In this document: positions 11,919 to 22,276 of the stretch, piece after piece
How positions within the stretch are numbered: the first letter of the stretch is position 1
How the letters are laid out: every line of letters begins with the position of its first letter
DNA from: Candidatus Levyibacteriota bacterium
Lineage (GTDB): Bacteria; Patescibacteriota; Microgenomatia; Levybacterales; UBA12049
Reading direction: 5' to 3'
Length of the DNA: 64,000 nucleotides
Assembly (NCBI GenBank): GCA_003152105.1
Contig: PLZJ01000002.1
Span: 6,188 to 70,187 of the forward strand
Translations under genes and position numbers: made by a program
Notes under the pieces: model-generated
The model's database searches: none
The model's input: only the letters and a program-made list of their open reading frames with translations
What the model was told of the DNA's origin: nothing

Positions 11919-12716
11919 ATGTTATTGTTGGAAATTTATACCATCCTACTTGGTTGTATTTTTGTAGTATTTTCTTACTTTATGCTCAAAGAGGAAGAAA
12001 AAACTAAAAGATTGTCCAAGGAGAAAGAACGATTTACCTATATGATGGTACATGAACTCAGGGCGCCATTAGTTTCTCTTAAAGATGCTTCTAAAATACT
12101 TCAAACCCAGAAAAATAAAACTGAAAGAGATAAGCTATTAACGATAATAAACGAACAAGCACAAATGCTACTTGACGAGATAGGTGAACTACTTGATGCT
12201 GCAAAACTTGAAAGCGGCAAGCTAACTATTCAGAAAGTCTCAAGCGACATGAGAAAATTAGTCGAGGATAGAATAGCCATTTATAAGCCTATGGCACAAG
12301 AAAAAGATATTAAGTTTAATACTGCATATGACGAGAACTTACCACTCGTAGACCTAGATCCAATCAGGATTACACAGGTATTTAACAATCTTATATCTAA
12401 TAGCCTTAAATTCACTCCAAAAGGAGGAAAAATATCAATATCTGTAAGTAAGAAAGCTATTCAGGAAGGCAATAAACCAATGCTTTTAGTTTCAGTTACA
12501 GATACGGGAATTGGCATTGCGAAAGATAAGCAAGATGCATTATTCTCTCAATTCGTTCAAGTTGCCTCAGATAACAATAAAGATTCCAGATCTTCAGGAA
12601 GCGGACTAGGCTTATATGTTGTAAAGGGAATCATTCAAGCTCATGGTGGTAAGATTTGGATTGAATCAGATGAAAATCAAGGTACCACAATTACATTTAG
12701 CCTACCCCTCTCATAG
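11919..12716 (+). CDS. Sensor histidine kinase (one TM + HisKA + HATPase_c)
   Basis: HELRAPL, NLISNSLKF, DTGIG, GSGLGL boxes. Confidence 0.93.
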   Translation: MLLLEIYTILLGCIFVVFSYFMLKEEEKTKRLSKEKERFTYMMVHELRAPLVSLKDASKILQTQKNKTERDKLLTIINEQAQMLLDEIGELLDAAKLESGKLTIQKVSSDMRKLVEDRIAIYKPMAQEKDIKFNTAYDENLPLVDLDPIRITQVFNNLISNSLKFTPKGGKISISVSKKAIQEGNKPMLLVSVTDTGIGIAKDKQDALFSQFVQVASDNNKDSRSSGSGLGLYVVKGIIQAHGGKIWIESDENQGTTITFSLPLS

Positions 12717-12861
12717 CAAAATTAGCACTATTTAATTTCATTTGCTACATATTATTTAGCTTATTAAAACGTAGTAAACACTAAATTATGAACATACCCA
12801 TTGTTATTTATTTTATCGAACTATGTAGAATAAGTATTCAGCAGCATTTTGAGTAATTAAA

Positions 12862-15381
12862 TCAAGAAGATTTTTTGGTTACAAAATTCATCGCTTTACC
12901 AGGTATATAGATAACCTTCTCGATACTTTCATCACCTATAAATTTAATAATCTTTTCCTGAGCTAATGCAACTTTCTGAATTTCTTTTTCATTATTACGC
13001 ATATTATTCTCAATACTGATAATATCTCTAAACTTATTATTGACTTGTATAGCTATATCTATCTTCTCTTCGCTCAAGAAAGTCTTTTGCACTTTAGGCC
13101 ATGACTGACTATGAATTGATGAAAACGATAGCTGATTTGGGTGCAGTAATTGCCATAATTCTTCGCTTAAATGCGGAGTAAATGGAGCCAACATTAATAA
13201 TAATACTTCAGCTACCTCTAGGCTAATTCCATCTTTTGATGAAAAATGATTATAAAACATCATAATTTTTGCAATTGCAGTATTAAACTTCAAATCAGTT
13301 AAATCCTTGGTTACACCATTAATTGAGCCATACATAAATGATTTATCAGTATTAGAGGTTAGAGTGCTAACATTTACTTTAGTTGTTAATAATGTCCAAA
13401 CACGCTTTACGAATCTATGCATACCTTCAATCCCAGTATCTCGAAAATCTCCCCCTTGATTATATGGTCCGATAAACATTAGGTATATTCTAAGCGTGTC
13501 TGCACCAAATTTCTTTATATATTCATCAGGTATTACAACGTTTCCTTTACTTTTACTCATTTTCCGACCATCTTTAATTAATAAGCCATGAGCGTAAAAT
13601 CTAGTAAATGGTTCTTCAAACTCAATTACTTTCTGGTCATGAAGAAACATAGTTATAAAACGTGAATAAAGTAGATGAAGCACTGAATGTTCTGCTCCTC
13701 CAATATACATATTGACGGGTAGCCATTTTTTTGTAATATCTATATTTAACAAATACTTTTCTTCAGTTAAGGATGGGTAACGAAAAAAATACCAAGAGCT
13801 ATCTAAAAACGTATCGGAAACGTCTGTTTCTCGTCTTGCAACGGCACCACAATTTGGACATCTAGCCTCAACAAATTCCTTATTTAACGAAAGTGGAGAT
13901 TTACCAGTACCAAGAGGTTTATAATTTTTAATATAAGGCAATACTACAGGCAAAGAGTCCTCAGGATACCAACCGGATGCATCCCAATTAGCCACAATAT
14001 TATTTTCACTAAACCAACTCTTCGCTTCATTCTTGCAATTTTCACAAAAAATCATTGGGATTGGACATCCCCAATATCTTTGTCTTGATATCAACCAGTC
14101 TCGAAGATGATATGCAACTTGCCATCTAGCAATACCACTTTTTATCAATACTTCTGCCATTATCTCTTTATCTTTACCAATTGATTGTCTACCAGTAAAC
14201 TCACCTGAGTTTATTAATATTCCTTTTCCTTCAAATGAAGTTTCACGATTTTCTATTTTCCTATTAATAGCTTCATCTTCATATTTCACAACTTGAATAA
14301 TCGGCAGTTCGTATTTAATTGCAAAATCGAAGTCTCTTGCATCATGCGCTGGCACTCCCATTACCGCACCGGTACCTACATCCATCATTACATAATCTGC
14401 AATCCATACTGGAATTTTATTCTTATTTACTGGATTTACTGCATAAATGCCTGTAAATATTCCGCTTTTATCTTTGTCCTCAGTACTTCTTTCAACTGTG
14501 GTCTTAATTAGCGATTGGTTAACATAATTGCTAACATCTTTTTGGATTGAATTAGGAACCAAATCCTTAATTTTGGTGTAGTATTCTGGTGCAACAACTA
14601 AAAATATGACCCCATGTATCGTTTCCCAATACTTTGTCCATACAGGAATTTCGAATGTACTATTTTCTACTTTAAAAACAATCTCAAGCCCCTTCGATTT
14701 TCCAATCCACTGTTTTTGTGCAGTTTTGACTTTATCGCTCCAATTCAAATTTTCGATATTATTAAGTAACTTATCAGAATATTTAGTTATATGAAGAAAC
14801 CATTGCTCAAGCTGCTTTTTTGTAACATCAGCACCGCAACGCTCACATTTTGCTTCAATTACCTGTTCATCAGCAAGTACTGTCTTGCATGACGGACAAT
14901 AATTGACAAGTTGGGATTTTCTATATGCCAATCCTTTTTTAAATAATTCAACAAATAGCCATTGTGTCCATTTATAGTATTCAGGCTTATAAGTTTCGAT
15001 CGTCTTCGACCAGTCGGTAGCTAATCCGATTGCATGCATTTGCTTATAAAAATTCTTTTCGGTAATTTTAGAATATTCCATTGGATTTTCACCAATTTTA
15101 AGCGCAAAATTTTCAGCATGTATCCCAAAACCATCTAATCCAACAGGCTCAAAAACGTCAAATTCATTCATTCTCATGAATCTTCCATAAATATCTACGC
15201 CAGTTTGAGCATACATGTTACCAACATGCAAACCTTCAGCAGAAGGATAGGGAAACATCATCAGATTGTAGAATGGCTTTTTCGCAGATTTTAAATCAAC
15301 CTCATATATCTTGCTTTCAACCCATTTATCCTGCCATTTTTTTTCAATTTTATCGGGCTTATACCCATTTATATTTTTCAT
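12862..15381 (-). CDS. leuS: Leucine--tRNA ligase
   Basis: MFPYPSAEGLHVGN, GTGAVMGVPAHD editing motif, DWLISRQRYWG, KMSKS. Confidence 0.97.
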   Translation of the reverse strand: MKNINGYKPDKIEKKWQDKWVESKIYEVDLKSAKKPFYNLMMFPYPSAEGLHVGNMYAQTGVDIYGRFMRMNEFDVFEPVGLDGFGIHAENFALKIGENPMEYSKITEKNFYKQMHAIGLATDWSKTIETYKPEYYKWTQWLFVELFKKGLAYRKSQLVNYCPSCKTVLADEQVIEAKCERCGADVTKKQLEQWFLHITKYSDKLLNNIENLNWSDKVKTAQKQWIGKSKGLEIVFKVENSTFEIPVWTKYWETIHGVIFLVVAPEYYTKIKDLVPNSIQKDVSNYVNQSLIKTTVERSTEDKDKSGIFTGIYAVNPVNKNKIPVWIADYVMMDVGTGAVMGVPAHDARDFDFAIKYELPIIQVVKYEDEAINRKIENRETSFEGKGILINSGEFTGRQSIGKDKEIMAEVLIKSGIARWQVAYHLRDWLISRQRYWGCPIPMIFCENCKNEAKSWFSENNIVANWDASGWYPEDSLPVVLPYIKNYKPLGTGKSPLSLNKEFVEARCPNCGAVARRETDVSDTFLDSSWYFFRYPSLTEEKYLLNIDITKKWLPVNMYIGGAEHSVLHLLYSRFITMFLHDQKVIEFEEPFTRFYAHGLLIKDGRKMSKSKGNVVIPDEYIKKFGADTLRIYLMFIGPYNQGGDFRDTGIEGMHRFVKRVWTLLTTKVNVSTLTSNTDKSFMYGSINGVTKDLTDLKFNTAIAKIMMFYNHFSSKDGISLEVAEVLLLMLAPFTPHLSEELWQLLHPNQLSFSSIHSQSWPKVQKTFLSEEKIDIAIQVNNKFRDIISIENNMRNNEKEIQKVALAQEKIIKFIGDESIEKVIYIPGKAMNFVTKKSS

Positions 15382-15455
15382 CAGAGTTATTATACGAGCT
15401 TCTTATACTATTGTACAGAGATGCAATTCGCTATGTATTTGTGTACAATATTTGT

Positions 15456-16094
15456 ATGACGTTTATAAAACAAAGTGTGTACTTATTTCTACCTTTTCTA
15501 GCAGCCTATTTATGGCAAATAAGCCCAGCATCTAACTATACCTTGGAAGTAATAGCACTATTGATAGCCATATATCTTATTATTTCAGCCAGGAAGCGCT
15601 TCAAAAATGGAACTATTTTTTTTGGCGGAACCATAGACGTTCTTATTTTTACACTTATAATACTTTTAATTGTTCTTGCCACAGGAAATTATTCATCAGG
15701 TGTGTTTTTTTTATTATATTTTATTTGTTTTGGTATTTCTTTTGTATTTGAACCTATTCAAGTATTTGTGTTTGTTATATACACCGCAGCACTCTTTACA
15801 GCACTCCAGTATACGCAAACAGACTATATTACTAGTAATTTTCTTAAGCTTGGCTCTCTATTCCTAATTGCACCTCTATCTTTCTTTTTTGGACGTGAAT
15901 TAAAGCAAGAAGAAAAAGAAATATCCGAACTTGAGGCAATGGACGAGAGAAATCAGGATAGTGCGAATGTTATATCTAAAAATATTTCGGAAGTTATTGA
16001 AAATGAGAAAAGCACTATTAAATCAAAAGATGTAGAAAAACTCAATGAAGTCTTGGAAGAAAGCGAAACACTTCGTGAAAAACCAGATTTATAA
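15456..16094 (+). CDS. Multi-pass membrane protein of unknown function
   Basis: About 5-6 hydrophobic segments and a charged helical tail. Start set at ATG 15456, 6 nt after TACAAT, which avoids overlap with leuS. Confidence 0.75.
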   Translation: MTFIKQSVYLFLPFLAAYLWQISPASNYTLEVIALLIAIYLIISARKRFKNGTIFFGGTIDVLIFTLIILLIVLATGNYSSGVFFLLYFICFGISFVFEPIQVFVFVIYTAALFTALQYTQTDYITSNFLKLGSLFLIAPLSFFFGRELKQEEKEISELEAMDERNQDSANVISKNISEVIENEKSTIKSKDVEKLNEVLEESETLREKPDL

Positions 16095-16104
16095 TACTAA
16101 ATGT

Positions 16105-16857
16105 ATGCTCAGAGCTGCGATTTTATTTTCCCTCATTTTATTATTTTTTTTGTCTAGTGTATTTGAATCTGTGAATGCTTTAACTATGTCAGATAGTAAT
16201 TATGTCTTAGAACTTGGAACATTAAACAGCGGTGCGGGGATATCAACGAGTAGCAATAATAAACTAAATATTTCACTAGGACAACTTGGACCGGGATTTT
16301 CAACAAGCTCAAACTTTCAACTAAAGGCAGGTTTTCAGTATATATATTCGATTATTCCTTTCACTTTTTCTATAGATAATACACTTATTGATTTTGGGAT
16401 TGTTTCTCCTACTTTTCCAGTTACACGATCTAATAATTTAACTGTTGGAAATGGATCAGCTAACGGCTACCAGGTAACGGCTTACGAAGACCATCAACTT
16501 CTATATGCCCCATCTGGGGCATTTATCCCAAATACCACTTGTGATGCTGCAAGCTGCAATACAATTACAGCTGGGAGCTGGACAAGTTCGACAACCTATG
16601 GATTTGGCTATAACTGTATTAACTCAGAAACCCCCACAAGATGTGGAAGTGGATTTGCAACTAGCTCAACCATTTTTAAGTCTTTTGCGGATAATTCATT
16701 AAGCCAAACTCCTCAAATCGTTATGCAGGCTACCACATCTAATACTGCTACATCGAGCGCATCTGTACAAATCACCTATAAATTGAATATTTCTGGGACT
16801 CAAACTGCCGGAGTTTATAAGAATAATATCTATTATGTTGCTACACCATTATATTAA
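16105..16857 (+). CDS. Secreted WxL/CS1-Csu-pilin-like protein (cluster A)
   Basis: Signal peptide; N-terminal S.NY.L...G.G..TSSN repeat; IDFG, NGYQVTA; C-terminus QITYKLNISGTQTAGVYKNNIYYVATPLY. Confidence 0.65.
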   Translation: MLRAAILFSLILLFFLSSVFESVNALTMSDSNYVLELGTLNSGAGISTSSNNKLNISLGQLGPGFSTSSNFQLKAGFQYIYSIIPFTFSIDNTLIDFGIVSPTFPVTRSNNLTVGNGSANGYQVTAYEDHQLLYAPSGAFIPNTTCDAASCNTITAGSWTSSTTYGFGYNCINSETPTRCGSGFATSSTIFKSFADNSLSQTPQIVMQATTSNTATSSASVQITYKLNISGTQTAGVYKNNIYYVATPLY

Positions 16858-16858
16858 T

Positions 16859-17875
16859 ATGAAACATATATTTAAGCCTATATTTACAAGCAAAAATATA
16901 CTTATCAATTGCTCATTTTTACTGCTAATTTTGACTTTTTTTTATTTTCCAAGCCTTACACAAGCAGCCTCTTTAGGTCTTGGTATATATCCTCCAGTAA
17001 TCTCTATTCAAGCTAAACCTCCAGTTCATATCTCTACCCCACTTACCATAATAAATGAAACTAACAATTCTATTACTGCTCAAATTAGCTATAAATTATT
17101 CACAGCGGGATCAAATCAAAACGGTGAATTAACGTTTTTACCCGAAAAAAATCTCCCTTATCCAGATCAATTATTATTTAAAAAAGTAAAAATTTATGAA
17201 AATAATAATGCAATTAATACAATAACCCTTGATCCTAACCAGCAAAAAAAATTAAATTTAGATATTACACTACCTAAAAACGAAGCTTTAGGAGATTACT
17301 ACTTTAGTATTATTTTTGCTTCGACAAGTACGGCAACTATAGACAAAACCTCGCTTGGCGCAATAGGTGGAATTGGAACAAATGTACTATTATCAATTGG
17401 ACCAAAAGGAAAAGCACAAGGAAGAATACAGCAATTCTCCACACCTCAATTTATTAATTCAGGACCCGTACCCTTTATTTTACTTGTCAATAATACGGGC
17501 AGTCATATTATCAATCCTCAAGGCTTTATTACTATTACAAATATGTTTAATCAAACAATAGGTAAGGTTACATTATTACCGGTAAATATCCTGGAGCATT
17601 CAGTAAGAGCAATACCAGATAGTACAAATTCACAAGAAGTCCCAGTAGCAAATCCATTCTTACCAGATATACCTATTGCAGTTTGGCCAGAACATTTTTT
17701 ACTTGGTCCGTATACAGCTACGGTGCAACTTTCATTATCGGAAAATGGACCTATCATCAAAAATACGACTCATTTTTTCGCGTTCCCAATAATTTTCCTT
17801 ATTTTTATATTTTTTGTAATAATAATTTCTGTAATTATTTTTCTGCGTGTGAAAAGTCATATAAATCGAGGCTAG
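16859..17875 (+). CDS. DUF916/DUF3324-like (PapD-chaperone-like) protein with C-terminal membrane anchor (cluster A)
   Basis: Signal peptide, GIYPPVI, GDYY, VNNTGSHIINPQGFITITNMF, GPYTA, C-terminal TM and basic tail. Confidence 0.7.
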   Translation: MKHIFKPIFTSKNILINCSFLLLILTFFYFPSLTQAASLGLGIYPPVISIQAKPPVHISTPLTIINETNNSITAQISYKLFTAGSNQNGELTFLPEKNLPYPDQLLFKKVKIYENNNAINTITLDPNQQKKLNLDITLPKNEALGDYYFSIIFASTSTATIDKTSLGAIGGIGTNVLLSIGPKGKAQGRIQQFSTPQFINSGPVPFILLVNNTGSHIINPQGFITITNMFNQTIGKVTLLPVNILEHSVRAIPDSTNSQEVPVANPFLPDIPIAVWPEHFLLGPYTATVQLSLSENGPIIKNTTHFFAFPIIFLIFIFFVIIISVIIFLRVKSHINRG

Positions 17876-17946
17876 CATCTTATTTTTTGCGCTATTGACA
17901 AGCTTGCATCCTTTATGAAATTATATAATAGATTATATTAAACTTA

Positions 17947-19416
17947 ATGAAAAAACTGCCGATAAGTATTAGTATTTATTTTCTTGTGTATTTGGTGCTT
18001 ACTTCATTTAGTGGTCTTCTAACAATAAATCAGGCACACGCTTCTGCCGGTAACGCACTATCCCAAGCAAGTGATACCATCTCAACTTCTCGACCTTCTG
18101 CATCTTCTCCTATTAATGACGCAGGTAACGGAACGCTTTCTTCAGCAACCAGTACTGTTATATACAACAATGGTTCTCGTTTCTTAGCATCTGACTCAGC
18201 AAAACTTGCAGTTAATAAATCAACATGGGGATTTTCTCAAACAGGACTCTCTATTGCCTCGCAATCTGCAGATCTTAAAACAGTATATTTTTCAGGACAA
18301 GCAGGATCTCTTCTTCCAAATGGCTATGGTACGTTAATAAACGCAGTAACTGCCTCCCACGTCATATCATTTAAAACAGTCAGTACGATTCCCCTACAAG
18401 GAAAAGTTGTTATCACCTTCCCATCTCTTTCAGCAAATGATACACAAAATGCAGCATCACCTTCTGCAACAACATTTCAGTTCAATGGACTAGCAAGTTC
18501 TGGAGTAACGATTAATAGTGGCAGCGGTATGATTTGGGGGCTATGCACCATTGCAGCACCTGTTATTACCTGTCCTCTTGTTAACGGATCAACAGTTCCG
18601 GGAAATTCAACTATTACCGTTACCATTGGTACTGCATCAGCAACACTTATCAATCCAACCAAATCAGCTGTTGCGGGAACTGCAGATAAATGGAAGATCG
18701 GACTCCAAACACAAGATAGTAGCAATAATACCCTTGATGGTCCTACAAACGTCGTAGTTGGAACAGTTGAAGCAGTAAGTGTTAATGCAACCATCGACTC
18801 TACCATGACGTTTACTATCTCCTCTGCAACTTCTTCAGCATGCGGTGATCCTTTAACAGCAGGACTTGTTACTCCTTCTTCAACGAGCGTAGATCTTGGT
18901 ATTATTACTTCTTCTGTTACTAATCAGGCACAACTGTTAACAGTTACCACAAATGCGGCAAATGGGTATTCAATTACAGCAACATCTTCTGGTCATTTAA
19001 TTAATGCGGCAAATGGTAGCTACTTCCCAGATGCTAACCAAGGAAATAGTGCTAATGGAAATTCACTCAGTAGTAATACAGCACCTGCACCGCTTCCTAT
19101 CTATGCAGGACAATCAGCATTTGGCATACATCCTTGTACTGCATTCCCTGTAGGAAGTGGTAATGCGTCAGTAAACACTATATTTAGTAGTAGTTCTACT
19201 AATCAAGGACAGGGCGGAGGACTCAATAATTATTATGCAAATCCATGGAATAACAATGGGAATTCATTTGCTATGCAATTATCAAGTTATGGCTCACAGC
19301 CAACAGGAACAGGCGCACAACAAACATGGGTAGAATATGGAGCTACCGCTGCCCCATCTCTTCCAGCAGGTGTTTATAGCAATTACTATACATATGTTGC
19401 AACACCAACCTTTTAG
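17947..19416 (+). CDS. Large secreted WxL/CS1-Csu-pilin-like protein (cluster A)
   Basis: Signal peptide, Ser/Thr-rich beta domains, VSVNATIDSTMTFTIS, VTTNAANGYSITA; ends LPAGVYSNYYTYVATPTF. Confidence 0.65.
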   Translation: MKKLPISISIYFLVYLVLTSFSGLLTINQAHASAGNALSQASDTISTSRPSASSPINDAGNGTLSSATSTVIYNNGSRFLASDSAKLAVNKSTWGFSQTGLSIASQSADLKTVYFSGQAGSLLPNGYGTLINAVTASHVISFKTVSTIPLQGKVVITFPSLSANDTQNAASPSATTFQFNGLASSGVTINSGSGMIWGLCTIAAPVITCPLVNGSTVPGNSTITVTIGTASATLINPTKSAVAGTADKWKIGLQTQDSSNNTLDGPTNVVVGTVEAVSVNATIDSTMTFTISSATSSACGDPLTAGLVTPSSTSVDLGIITSSVTNQAQLLTVTTNAANGYSITATSSGHLINAANGSYFPDANQGNSANGNSLSSNTAPAPLPIYAGQSAFGIHPCTAFPVGSGNASVNTIFSSSSTNQGQGGGLNNYYANPWNNNGNSFAMQLSSYGSQPTGTGAQQTWVEYGATAAPSLPAGVYSNYYTYVATPTF

Positions 19417-19431
19417 TGTATATAATAAATT

Positions 19432-20451
19432 ATGAAGCATATTATACTTAAGAATTACAAAAAGAAAAAATACGCATATCCAGCAACTCTAGCTGTAGTA
19501 AGTCTGTCATTATTAACAATGGTCGGGATTAAATATGCACATGCACAACAGGCAATTACGTTTACGATCAGTCCACCAGTTATTAATGCGACCCTAAACC
19601 CAGGCGATAAAAGTGAAGGTGTTATGAAAATAATAAATGACACTAACCAAACGCAAAATTATACTGTTTCCGTACAAGACTTTATTGTTGATAATTCTCA
19701 GGGTATACCACATATACTACCACCTGACACATTACCTCAAAAATACTCTGCTGCTTCATGGATTGGCGTAGATAATCCAAGTCTATCAGTACCTGCTCAT
19801 ACTCGTGTAACATTTAACTATTTTATCCAAACACCGGCAAATGCACGCCCGGGAGGTCACTACGCAGCTGCATTAATAGGTCCTGATACATCTAGCACGC
19901 TTAGCAACTCAGGAACAGGAGTTTCAGGTAAAATAGGCACACTTTTTTATATTGATATAAATGGAAATATTGTAGAACACGCAGACGTAGCTGCGTTCCA
20001 AGCAAACGGCTTTCAAGAATATGGACCAGTAACCATAAATACTCTTATTAGAAACCAAGGTGATCTTCATATTACTCCGCTGGGTACTATAACTCTTAAA
20101 GATATGTTAGGCAGAGTTGTTGCAACGGAAAAACTGGATCAACATAATATTTTTCCTGGAGGGATAGCAAGAGCTTATCAAAATGTTTTTGGACAAAATC
20201 AATTTATGATTGGTCCTTATACTGCAAAATTAGCAGCAACCTATGGAAGAAATAATAATTTACCTTTAGTAGCAACATTAACATTCTGGGTATTTCCTTG
20301 GAAAGTAGTAACACTTGTCATATTAATACTCATCGCCTTGATACTTGCTGTAAAAGTATTAAGAAGCAGAAAAGGAAAACCACCAGTTGAACACCATGAA
20401 GAGGAAGATAAAAAAGTAACAGAAACTCCAGTCGAAACACCTAAAGCATAG
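19432..20451 (+). CDS. DUF916/DUF3324-like (chaperone-like) protein with C-terminal membrane anchor (cluster A)
   Basis: TISPPVINATLNPG, SAASWI, PGGHYAA, RNQGDLHITPLG, GPYTA, TFWVFPWK followed by TM. Confidence 0.75.
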   Translation: MKHIILKNYKKKKYAYPATLAVVSLSLLTMVGIKYAHAQQAITFTISPPVINATLNPGDKSEGVMKIINDTNQTQNYTVSVQDFIVDNSQGIPHILPPDTLPQKYSAASWIGVDNPSLSVPAHTRVTFNYFIQTPANARPGGHYAAALIGPDTSSTLSNSGTGVSGKIGTLFYIDINGNIVEHADVAAFQANGFQEYGPVTINTLIRNQGDLHITPLGTITLKDMLGRVVATEKLDQHNIFPGGIARAYQNVFGQNQFMIGPYTAKLAATYGRNNNLPLVATLTFWVFPWKVVTLVILILIALILAVKVLRSRKGKPPVEHHEEEDKKVTETPVETPKA

Positions 20452-20526
20452 GTATTCCCCTAACCTGAGACAATTAATACTCCGTTTTCTAAATACCAAG
20501 AAAATATAAAGATATCAAACTATATA

Positions 20527-21423
20527 TTAATATCCTACAAACCAGAAGTGATGAAGCCGTTTATCTTTTTTCTTGATAAACGTAAACGCAAACGGACTAA
20601 GAAGCTTTGCAAGTAGGCTTGGATAGGCACTTCTTAACAAGAATGATATTATTATCAATAAAGGCACTCCTGCCCATAAAGTTCCAATTGGGGAGCTTAC
20701 AAATGGTTGCATAACATCATTTAGCACTTGATAAAAAGATGCGGTTGCCGTATTTGTGATCGTTTGAGGTAAACTAAGAACATTAAAAGATAAGAATTTT
20801 AAAGGTTTTATTGAGTTAACGCTATTTAAAGTTGCAGTAACATAAGCTTGATAACTTCCAGCAATTAAATCATTAAATGTATAAGAATAATAACCTGTCT
20901 TATTAGCATTGGTTGAATACGTTTTATTATTGCTTAGATGAATCAAAATCGATGCGTAAGGCATTGAATATCCTTGTATAACCTCTTGTTGGCCCGTATT
21001 AATCTGGGCGCTTTTTAGAGCCATTGTAGGAGGCAGGAAGAGGTTATTTATAGTTATGTTACCAATTATCGGAGTTACGGAAATACAGGAATAAGACTCA
21101 CCTATTCTTTCATAGTCATGTGCATCGAAACATACCTGGGTAACTCCACTTTGTACTTGAACAGCAGTAAAAGAAAAATTACCATACTGATCAGCAACTA
21201 CGTTTCTAAGTGGATAGTTATTAATTAACAAATCAATGCTTGCAAAAGGAGAAATATAACCAGACAAATTAATATACAAAAGCTGGTTGCCCACTTGTGC
21301 GCTTACTGAAGATGTTCCAGATTGCGTTAACCCATCTGTTTGAGCGAAAACAGAACTACCTAAATTAAATGAATAAAAATAAAGAAAAACAAAACAATAA
21401 ATAATTAAATTTTTTATTTTCAC
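20527..21423 (-). CDS. Secreted/membrane-anchored Ig-like domain protein
   Basis: Signal peptide, two SGY.SP.A.I / QGYSMPYASI Ig-like repeats, C-terminal TM. Confidence 0.65.
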   Translation of the reverse strand: MKIKNLIIYCFVFLYFYSFNLGSSVFAQTDGLTQSGTSSVSAQVGNQLLYINLSGYISPFASIDLLINNYPLRNVVADQYGNFSFTAVQVQSGVTQVCFDAHDYERIGESYSCISVTPIIGNITINNLFLPPTMALKSAQINTGQQEVIQGYSMPYASILIHLSNNKTYSTNANKTGYYSYTFNDLIAGSYQAYVTATLNSVNSIKPLKFLSFNVLSLPQTITNTATASFYQVLNDVMQPFVSSPIGTLWAGVPLLIIISFLLRSAYPSLLAKLLSPFAFTFIKKKDKRLHHFWFVGY

Positions 21424-22029
21424 TAATTAATAGTATACTATTATCACTAAATTGTTCAACGCTATTAATATCTAGGTAAAATGCTTAGAAAAGGTAATCT
21501 TGAAACATTTAAAAGATAAAAGAGGCTAAAATAATTTAAAAAGTTGTATTGAAATTGAAAGTAAATAGTAATTAACATTTAAATTCAGTTAAATTATATA
21601 TAAACGGAAATAAGTTAGTTTAGGTTATTAATATAATATAAACTAATTAAAAATTATTACTATCACTTTAAATCCTTAACTGCCAATTTCATATTATTAT
21701 AAACCTATAGCCATAAAATTCCCACTTTAAATATTGCATAAAATCAAGCCTAAAATTCCTTATTAGTTCGTATTTAGTTCTAAATCTTAGCTTTAATAAA
21801 TAAAATACGAACACTGAACTCAGATATTGTGAAATACTTGAAAGAGTGTTGAAGCTGATAAAATATATGTTATAGGTTGCTGATATTCTTTGATGTATTA
21901 AGATCGAATAAAAATAAGAAAATAAGTCGAATATATATAATAAAATCTGCTAATTTCATGGCTTGAAGCTTGTAAAGTTTAATATATTAATATATTACTT
22001 AGTATATCAAATTCCTCTACTCTAGGTTC

Positions 22030-22059
22030 TTGACAAGCATAGTTGAATTTCTTTATTCT
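22030..22059 (+). promoter_or_regulatory. sigma70-type promoter upstream of the giant gene
   Basis: TTGACA at 22030-22035, 18-bp spacer, TATTCT at 22054-22059. Confidence 0.5.
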
Positions 22060-22095
22060 TAATAGTAGATATATTTATCTATGCATTTATTTTTA

Positions 22096-22122
22096 CGTAT
22101 AATCCGTATAATCCGTATAATC
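22096..22122 (+). repeat. Perfect 3x 9-bp tandem repeat CGTATAATC
   Basis: cgtataatc at 22096, 22105 and 22114. Confidence 0.95.
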
Positions 22123-22276
22123 TTGAAGCTAGAGGGCTCTTTTAGCCTTAATACGCTTCGTGAATTTAAATACCTACTTAGTTTACTCAAAAAGAAATTT
22201 AGCACACACTGTTTTCACAAATTTTCACATGCTCAAATCGCAAACTCAAATATTATTACTTATCTAAACACTGCCC

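Noticed and set aside
21424-22276. oriC or dif site in the long AT-rich spacer
   Set aside because: Only one-mismatch DnaA boxes, no dnaA or dnaN nearby, and no 11-6-11 dif arrangement with a TTATGTTAAA-type arm.
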